From: Myxococcales bacterium
Lineage (GTDB): Bacteria > Myxococcota_A > Polyangia > Polyangiales > DASUME01
Assembly: GCA_047601445.1 (NCBI GenBank)
Contig: JASGJH010000001.1
Span: 7,968,001-8,032,000, forward strand
Reading direction: 5' to 3'
DNA: 64,000 nt
In this document: one piece after another, positions 57,789 through 64,000 of the stretch
Position numbering within the stretch: the stretch's first letter is position 1
Layout: every line of letters begins with the position of its first letter
Made by a program: the position numbers and the translations under genes
The notes under the pieces: model-generated
What the model saw: the letters and a program-made list of their open reading frames with translations, nothing else
The model's database searches: none
What the model was told of the DNA's origin: nothing

Positions 57789-60700
57789 TCAGCCGTCCAG
57801 CGAGTCCGACAGAATGGCGTCAGACCGCGCCCCGAAGCTGTCGCCGCCGGTGAAGCGGAACTTGGGCCGTGCAGCTTGGCGCGGACTCGGCAGCTCTGGC
57901 GCAGGCTCGGACACAGCGGGCGGGCGCATCGCAGCCATGCCCGCGATGAACTGCGGCTGCTGCTCGGCCGACATCGGCACGCCCGTGACCCAATGCAGGT
58001 AACCGCGTTGGTCCATGGTCGGCAGGAACTTGCCCTTGCCGACCTGTGCCACCAACCGGTCGCGGTAGGTCTGGAACATCTGGCCGTAGAGGTCCCGCAT
58101 GGTCTCCAGGTCCTCCAGAGTGGCGGATCCATCGCTCATGCGCTTGAGCGTGCCCTTGGGATCCTTGGCGGCGTTCACATAGCGCGCGACGCGCAGCTCG
58201 GTGATCGGGTCCATGACCCGCTCGGGTCCCTTGAACGGGTCGAGCGTGATGGCGGGCGGCAGCTTCGAAAGGATAAATGCGGCTTTGGACTGCGCCTTGT
58301 TGCCGATGGCAGCAGCGAGCTCGGGGCTCTCGGCGCGCACGTCCTCGAGCTGTGCCGCCATGCGCCGGCTGAGCGTGGACTGCGGATCCTGCAGCGCCTC
58401 GGCGTCCTCGATGGCCCGCCGAACGGCGTTGGCGCTGATACCCACACCGCCGACCGGTCCGCGCACCTGCTTTGCAATCGGTAGCTCGGGCGGCTTGCCG
58501 CCGTGGTTCTTGATCGTCGCTTTCACGGCGTCGTCGATGGCCTTTTCCGACTTGGCCGCACCCTTGCCCATGGCCAGGAGACTGCCGGCCAGGTTGCCCG
58601 CTGCGGTGGTGACCGTGCCGATGGCAGCACCAGCACCGGGAAGCGTGCGCAGCCCGTTCAGGATGACCTCGACGTTGCTGGTCTGTGCGGCCAGGCGCTG
58701 GGCTTCCTTCGCCTTGAGCGCCACTTCCTTGGTGGCCTGCATCTTCCCTTTGATGGCCTCGAGCGTCTGGCGCGCCTGGGTGATCTGCGCCAGGGCCTCG
58801 TCGGGCATCGGGTAGTACTTGGCCTGCGTCTCCATGAGCTCAACCTTGGCGGTGAGCCCAGCCAGAAAGTCGCGCGCATCCTTCCATGCACGCGGGTTGC
58901 CCAGGTTGTCGAGCATGGCCCCGATCTTCTCGGCGTCGTACTCGGTGACGTCGGCAAAGCCGTGCTGGCCACCACCTTCCGCACTCCCCGCTCGAGCAGC
59001 AACGCGGTGGAAGTTCTCGGACTTGCGGATCGCGCGTGTGATCGCGGCGTTGTTCACGGTTTGGAAGTCAGCGAACGCCTTGCCCACGAACTTCGGGTTC
59101 TGGAGGTCGGCGCGCAGCCCCATGTAGAGGCGCTGGAATGCGCCCTCGGACGTGGTGGCGGGTCGGCCGCCCACCTGGCGCGCGAAGCTGCCCAGGTGCG
59201 TCTTGAACAGGTCGGCCGCGTGAATGGTCTCGGCGATGCTGTCCAGGTTGGCACCGATGATGCGCGCTGACCGTGGCACCATCACGTTGCCGTTCAGCAG
59301 GGCCCGTTGGGACGCGTACTCGGTGTCTTTCAGCCCCGTGAGGTGTTCGCGCAGCCGCTTGAGCGCGTTCTTGCCTGCCTCGAAGTCCTTGAGCTGCTTT
59401 TTGCTGTAGATCGCGTGCTTCCGCACGTCGGTCATGTCGTCGAGCACCTTCTCCATCTTGTCGACGCGCGTCATCCACCGGCCCACCTCTTCGTGGGTCC
59501 AGACCACCCCCTCCTGCTCGAGGAGACCCCGGATGACCTTGGGCTTGTTGGTGCGGTTGGTGTAGGTGTCGTAAACGTTCGTCTCGAACCGCTGCAGGTT
59601 GTCCAGGTCTCCCTCGACACTCACCGAGAGCTGATCGGCCTGGTCCTTGAGCTTGTGCTGCAGGTCGCGGGCGTTCTTGGCCTTGTTCAGGTTGGCGTCG
59701 AGCTTGGCCAGGATGCCCTGCGCCTCGGGGCCCGGGGCCACGTTCAGCGTCGAGTTGATAGTGGCATCGGGGGTCAGGCCGGACTCTGCGATCACGGCGC
59801 CTTCCTGCTCCTGCACCAGCGCCGAAACGCGGTCCTCGGCCTCGTCGATAAGCTGCTGGTTCCCCGTTGCGTCGGCCTCGGCAAGGCGCTGCTGCGCGGC
59901 CTCCAGGTCCGCGTCGATTTCCTGGCGCGGGCGAGAGGGCGCGACGTCGGGCTCCGACGGAATGGCCTCGTCTGCCGCTCCACCGGGCGGAACCGCCTCG
60001 TCTGCAGCACCAGCAGCCTTGCGTCCGATGCGTTCGGCTGCCTCGCCGAGCACGCCAGCGCCAGCACCAAAGCCGCCGCCCCATTTCGCGCCCTCCCAGA
60101 ACGACTCGAGGGCGCGATCGGCAAAGCCGTCCACGTTGCCCGCACCCAGGTCGTCGAAAACCTGCCGCGCGGCGTTGTCGATGGCGCCTTCCCCAGCACC
60201 GAGCGCCGCGGCGAGGCCAATGCGACCGGCGGCACTGGCTGCAACGCGCGGTGCTACAGCGGCGCCGAGCCGCGTGGCGAGATTCCCGAGTTGCGTGGAC
60301 CGATATGCCAGCTGCGCTGCTGGCGAGATTGTGCGAGCGGCCTGCGCGAGAGCGCCCGAGCCGCCGGACACCACCGCAGAGCCCACCGACCCCACGATGT
60401 TGCCCGCAATGCTGCCCTCGGCCGCGTGCTCCTCGCGCAGCTTGCGCTCCGCTCGCGCTGCCTTGCCACCTACGGCGTCCGTTGCGAGCCCATAGAGCCC
60501 GAGGGAGCCGCCCTGAGCGACGCCCTCGCCGAACGCAGCGGCCTGCGAGCCAAAGTCGCTGTACTCCCGCTCAACCTCGTCTGGTGTGGCGAGCTGCGCA
60601 CCGGCGGCCAGCTTCTCCCGCACGCTCGGATCGGCTGCGTCGTACGTGTTGACGCGGTCGCCCTCGAGGAGCTGCACGGTGCCATCGGTGGGCGCCTCGG

Positions 60701-61013
60701 AAGCATCGAGTCGGTAGCCCTGCCGATAGGCCTCGGCCAGGTTCTCCTCGCCAACGTTCGACACCTCGCCGCCGCGCGTGATGTTCACGCGACGTGGGGC
60801 CTCGGGCTGCTCGAGCTGCACCGGGTCGGGCGCTGCGGGCGCGCCCTGATCGGCCATCGCTGCGGCCTCGAGCGCGTCGAGCTCGGCGTTCACGTCGGCG
60901 GGTGCGCTCGGTGCCGGCGCTGCGGGTGCCTGCGGAGCAGCGGACGCAAGCTCGGGCTGCTGCTGCGCCAGGGCCTCGGCCTCGAGCGCGTCCAGTTCGT
61001 CAAAGCCTGCCAT
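57789..61013 (-). CDS. Large Ala/Gly-rich phage internal virion (DNA ejection)-like protein, 1074 aa
   Basis: AAFGEGVAQGGSLGL, GGGFGAGAGVLG Gly-zipper segments and long helical regions; context among podovirus-like virion genes. Confidence 0.65.
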   Translation of the reverse strand: MAGFDELDALEAEALAQQQPELASAAPQAPAAPAPSAPADVNAELDALEAAAMADQGAPAAPDPVQLEQPEAPRRVNITRGGEVSNVGEENLAEAYRQGYRLDASEAPTDGTVQLLEGDRVNTYDAADPSVREKLAAGAQLATPDEVEREYSDFGSQAAAFGEGVAQGGSLGLYGLATDAVGGKAARAERKLREEHAAEGSIAGNIVGSVGSAVVSGGSGALAQAARTISPAAQLAYRSTQLGNLATRLGAAVAPRVAASAAGRIGLAAALGAGEGAIDNAARQVFDDLGAGNVDGFADRALESFWEGAKWGGGFGAGAGVLGEAAERIGRKAAGAADEAVPPGGAADEAIPSEPDVAPSRPRQEIDADLEAAQQRLAEADATGNQQLIDEAEDRVSALVQEQEGAVIAESGLTPDATINSTLNVAPGPEAQGILAKLDANLNKAKNARDLQHKLKDQADQLSVSVEGDLDNLQRFETNVYDTYTNRTNKPKVIRGLLEQEGVVWTHEEVGRWMTRVDKMEKVLDDMTDVRKHAIYSKKQLKDFEAGKNALKRLREHLTGLKDTEYASQRALLNGNVMVPRSARIIGANLDSIAETIHAADLFKTHLGSFARQVGGRPATTSEGAFQRLYMGLRADLQNPKFVGKAFADFQTVNNAAITRAIRKSENFHRVAARAGSAEGGGQHGFADVTEYDAEKIGAMLDNLGNPRAWKDARDFLAGLTAKVELMETQAKYYPMPDEALAQITQARQTLEAIKGKMQATKEVALKAKEAQRLAAQTSNVEVILNGLRTLPGAGAAIGTVTTAAGNLAGSLLAMGKGAAKSEKAIDDAVKATIKNHGGKPPELPIAKQVRGPVGGVGISANAVRRAIEDAEALQDPQSTLSRRMAAQLEDVRAESPELAAAIGNKAQSKAAFILSKLPPAITLDPFKGPERVMDPITELRVARYVNAAKDPKGTLKRMSDGSATLEDLETMRDLYGQMFQTYRDRLVAQVGKGKFLPTMDQRGYLHWVTGVPMSAEQQPQFIAGMAAMRPPAVSEPAPELPSPRQAARPKFRFTGGDSFGARSDAILSDSLDG

Positions 61014-62807
61014 TTAGTACCCCTGCATGCGGCGGACCTGCTCGTCGTAGTCCGGAGCGTCCGGATCGATGCGCAGGCCGGAAGTGTCTGCGACGGCCGG
61101 GCCCGACTGGACGGGCGCAGGCGCGGGAGCAGGGCGCGTGCTCCAAGCGCTCGCGGGCTTCCAGCCCTTGGCCTCGGCCGCCTGCACCTGCTCGGGGCGC
61201 AGCATGACGCGCGCGCCCTTCGCCGTGATGTAGGGGATCGGAGCGTTCGGGTCGGCCGCGGGCGACGGCGCAGCTCCACCAGCGCGGCCGCGCTGCAAGT
61301 CGCGCGCGAGATCCGCCTCGGGCGTCTTGGCTGCAAGGCCACTGGTCTCGGCCTGCGCCGAAACGCTGCCGCGCAGCGAGTCCAGCGCCGTGCGGAGCTT
61401 GGCGCGCACGCTATCGCCGCCCGACGTCCACGCGGTGGGGTCGCCCAAGGCGCGGTCCACGACTTCGATCACGCCGTTGTCCAGGGCGCCGAGGTCCTTG
61501 ATCTCCTTGTACGACGCGAGGAGCTGCGCCTGCAGGGAAGCCATCTCCTTGGACTTCTCGCCGAACGCCTCGGTTCCGTGCTTCGCCAGCAGGGCGTCGA
61601 GCTTGGTCGCATCGCGTTCGAACGTGCGCATGCTCGAGTCGGCCTTACGGAACTTGGCCTTTTCGGTGTCGTTGAGGGAGCCCCACAGCGCAGGGTCGGC
61701 CACGTCCCAGCCGTTGGGAGCCGGCGCGCCGCCCGCAGCACCAGCCGCCTTAGCGCGAGCTGCGTCGGTAGAGGCGACCGTGCTTTGAATGTTGGCCTGC
61801 TGTGCGCGCAGGTCGTTGAGCGCCTTGGCTTCGGGAACGGTCAGGATCCCGGCGCGCTCCTTGGCCTCGAGCTCGGCCACCATCGGGTCGCGCTTCTTGC
61901 CGCGCCGCGCGGCCTCGGCCTTCTTGATCCGCGCGTTGATGATCTGCTCCTCGTACTCGCGGGCCTTGTCAGCCGCAGCGAGGCTCAGACGGTGTGCATT
62001 CTCACCGTAGGCCGTGCCCTCGGCGTCCTTGGCGATCTTCTCGAGCTCGCGCTGCTTGAGGAAGTACTGGTTGGCCAAGATCTTGTTGGTGGTCTCCATG
62101 GCGTCGTCGGAGTCCTTCGACAGCATGGAAATGGCGTTCTCAGTCTCCTTGACGTTGCGGCCGAGCATGTCCCGCTCATCGAGCTGGCGCTGGACGCCCT
62201 CTTGGACGTGCTGCTGCAGCAGGTTCATGCCCATCGCCAAGCCAGCGTTGCCGCCCCCGGTGCGCTGGCCCGTGGTGGGGTCATAGAAGCCACCGCCACC
62301 GCTGGCCATGGCGCCCACGATGCCCGCCACGATGGACGCCGCCTTCTTGCCGCCGCTCAGGCCCGGAATGGGCTTTCGCAGCGTCTCCAGATCGGCCGCG
62401 TGCTTCCGCTTGTACTCGTCGATTTGCGTGCGGTTCGCGCGGTAGTTCGCTTCAGCGTCGGACTGGAACTTCTGCACCTTCTGGTTGAACTCGTCGAGGG
62501 ACAGCGCCTGCTGCTGGGCCATCTGCTGCTTCGCAGCGCCCTCGCGCTGGTAGCTCGCCGCTTCCTGGTTGAAGCCGGTGATCCGCTCGTCCTGCACGCG
62601 GGCCTGCGCCGCGTAGGGGTTGCTGGCCTGGGTCACGTTCTCGACGGGCGCGACCTCGGGCGGTGGCGCGGGAGGCGTTGCAGGTGCCGGAGCTGGCGCG
62701 ACAGCGGGAGCCGGTGCCCGAACCGGCTGGTAACGGGCCGTGACTCCGCGCATGAGCGCAGGGTTCTGCCGCGCGAAGTCCGCAAAGCTCGTGGTCCCGT
62801 TGGCCAT
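61014..62807 (-). CDS. Phage internal virion (ejection)-like protein, 597 aa
   Basis: ATG 62807 in TGATG overlap after a GGGGAAG RBS; Q/A-rich coiled coil, central hydrophobic ASIVAGIVGAM, LGALDNG. Confidence 0.65.
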   Translation of the reverse strand: MANGTTSFADFARQNPALMRGVTARYQPVRAPAPAVAPAPAPATPPAPPPEVAPVENVTQASNPYAAQARVQDERITGFNQEAASYQREGAAKQQMAQQQALSLDEFNQKVQKFQSDAEANYRANRTQIDEYKRKHAADLETLRKPIPGLSGGKKAASIVAGIVGAMASGGGGFYDPTTGQRTGGGNAGLAMGMNLLQQHVQEGVQRQLDERDMLGRNVKETENAISMLSKDSDDAMETTNKILANQYFLKQRELEKIAKDAEGTAYGENAHRLSLAAADKAREYEEQIINARIKKAEAARRGKKRDPMVAELEAKERAGILTVPEAKALNDLRAQQANIQSTVASTDAARAKAAGAAGGAPAPNGWDVADPALWGSLNDTEKAKFRKADSSMRTFERDATKLDALLAKHGTEAFGEKSKEMASLQAQLLASYKEIKDLGALDNGVIEVVDRALGDPTAWTSGGDSVRAKLRTALDSLRGSVSAQAETSGLAAKTPEADLARDLQRGRAGGAAPSPAADPNAPIPYITAKGARVMLRPEQVQAAEAKGWKPASAWSTRPAPAPAPVQSGPAVADTSGLRIDPDAPDYDEQVRRMQGY

Positions 62808-63253
62808 CACTTCCCCTTCTTGCCCATGAACTGCGACAGCAGGCCGAGGACCTGACCCCCGTCCATGCCGCCCTGCTTTTTGTCGTTGGCGGACTCGTCG
62901 TGTGTGGGGTCGACCTGGTTCTTGCCGCCGAGCATGCCCGTGATGCCGCTCGCTGCGCCGCCCGTGTAGAAGCTCGCGATCGTCGAGGCGATGCGCTTCA
63001 CACCGTCCGCGCCGTGATCCTTGGCCTCGGTGGCCGTGCCCGCCTGCGCACCGGTTCCCACCTGAACGGGTGACGCGGGCTGCGCGTACATCGGCACGCG
63101 CTCCGTGTCGGTGGCTTGCGCGGGCGCTGGCGCTTGCACGGGTGCAGCCTGTACCTGCGGGGCCTCGGGCTGCTGGTAGCGCTGCTGCACACCCTGCACG
63201 AGCTGAGGGTTCTGCCGCATCCAGTCCGCATTCGACAACGTGGTAATCGCCAT
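62807..63253 (-). CDS. Small phage internal virion (ejection)-like protein, 148 aa
   Basis: GAGG RBS; IASTIASFYTGGAASGITGMLGG Gly-rich segment. Confidence 0.62.
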   Translation of the reverse strand: MAITTLSNADWMRQNPQLVQGVQQRYQQPEAPQVQAAPVQAPAPAQATDTERVPMYAQPASPVQVGTGAQAGTATEAKDHGADGVKRIASTIASFYTGGAASGITGMLGGKNQVDPTHDESANDKKQGGMDGGQVLGLLSQFMGKKGK

Positions 63254-63262
63254 GGCCTACCC

Positions 63263-64000
63263 TCAGCGCTGGTTGAACTTGGACATGAAATACCACTTGT
63301 CGTTGTACTTGTTTCGCGCGTCCACCTGGCGCTGGTCCTCGTTCTTCTGGTTGGCGCCGAGCTGCGCGCCCTCGAGCCCGGTCAGCGCGCCGAGATACTC
63401 CTGCTGCTGGCTGAGGCCCGTCTGGGTCTGCAGGTTCGCAGCGTTCTGGCGGATGGTGGCCCGGTTGGTGTCGATGCCAGCGCCTTGCTCGTTGTTCGCG
63501 CGGGCCTCCGACACGAACTGACCTTGCCGGCCCGAGTACTGGCCCGCGGCTTCCTGGTCCTGGGCACCCACGTTGCTGCGGATGGTGGCCGCATCCACGC
63601 GCGCCTCGCGCTGCTGCTGCGCAAGCTCGTTCGCCTCCTGAGCGCGGGTCACCTCGGCCTGAGCCGCTGCGTCCGCGTTCGCCTGGGTCGAGCTCGCGAG
63701 GGCTTGGCGCAGGCCGGCAGCGCCGCCCGAGGAACCGAGCGCCAGCGCCGCGTTGGTGTTGCGGTCCTGGTTGAGTCGGAACTGCCGGTCGGACGTCTGC
63801 TTATAGGTGTCGGGCAGGGTGTCCGCATCAGTCTCGAGCTTGTTGGCCGCGCCGAGCACCGCACCACGGCCCGCTCGGTAGTCGGTCATGGAGCTGTCAA
63901 AACCGCGGCCGGCCTCGTCCCCTCGCTCCAGGTTCCGGTTGAGCATGTAGTCGCTCGCCACCGAGCGCGCATTCAGACCGGCCGAGGCCTCGTCCGTGGC
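63263..64000 (-). CDS. Gln/Ala/Asn-rich phage ejection (DNA-transfer)-like protein; 5' end outside the window
   Basis: The frame is open from 64000 to the stop at 63263; Q/A/N-rich with GGAAGLRQAL. Confidence 0.6.
   Translation of the reverse strand, partial: ATDEASAGLNARSVASDYMLNRNLERGDEAGRGFDSSMTDYRAGRGAVLGAANKLETDADTLPDTYKQTSDRQFRLNQDRNTNAALALGSSGGAAGLRQALASSTQANADAAAQAEVTRAQEANELAQQQREARVDAATIRSNVGAQDQEAAGQYSGRQGQFVSEARANNEQGAGIDTNRATIRQNAANLQTQTGLSQQQEYLGALTGLEGAQLGANQKNEDQRQVDARNKYNDKWYFMSKFNQR

Larger units (their letters stand above)
49902..64000 (-). mobile_element. Podovirus-like prophage, left end, probably integrated at tRNA-Leu; continues beyond the window
   Basis: Abrupt switch from host genes to small ORFs and non-coding DNA after the tRNA; terminase, tail spike, ejection-like and holin-like genes; att-arm-like repeats. 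Integrase and second att site are not in the window. Confidence 0.85.

Noticed and set aside
59307..62855. 1182-aa + strand ORF and other long antisense ORFs (e.g. 27578-29650, 8143-9939, 32854-34614)
   Set aside because: Shadow frames of GC3-biased real genes on the opposite strand; no motifs.

Overview
High-GC chromosomal window, probably from a myxobacterium (Myxococcota). This is inferred from gene content: Cys-rich and vWA lipoproteins, a J-domain/TPR protein, a multi-domain DsbA, an extra Hsp70 and a sigma54 activator. Bases 1-49.8 kb are mostly housekeeping and envelope genes: two UvrD-family helicases, metB-like lyase, two-component genes, PBP1A, an ECF sigma operon, DsbA, rpmH-rnpA-yidD-yidC-jag-amgK-like, radC, a large Zn-metalloprotease lipoprotein, a DEAD/DEAH helicase, surE, ctaA, tpx, MepA-like peptidase and a neutral-lipid cluster. 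A dispersed ~85-100 bp palindromic REP-like repeat occurs at four loci, one as an exact 101-bp triplication. After tRNA-Leu(TAG) (49821-49901) a podovirus-like prophage begins and runs off the right edge. Its minus-strand genes are probable ejection proteins, terminase large subunit, tail spike, LamG-like protein and a holin-like gene, and the junction carries att-arm-like repeats. The best candidate for an undescribed system is the ~3 kb accessory segment at the prophage end (50.0-52.8 kb). It holds small ORFs, a terminated structured sRNA candidate, a tRNA-Thr(CGT)-like RNA with a broken acceptor stem and a ~280-nt hairpin-rich non-coding block. Two adjacent phage proteins share a 27-aa N-terminal motif, a possible capsid-targeting or ejection signal. 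All five frameshifts found are +1 insertions at or beside GATC, suggesting methylation-linked sequencing error. All calls come from visual motif recognition; no searches or folding programs were run.
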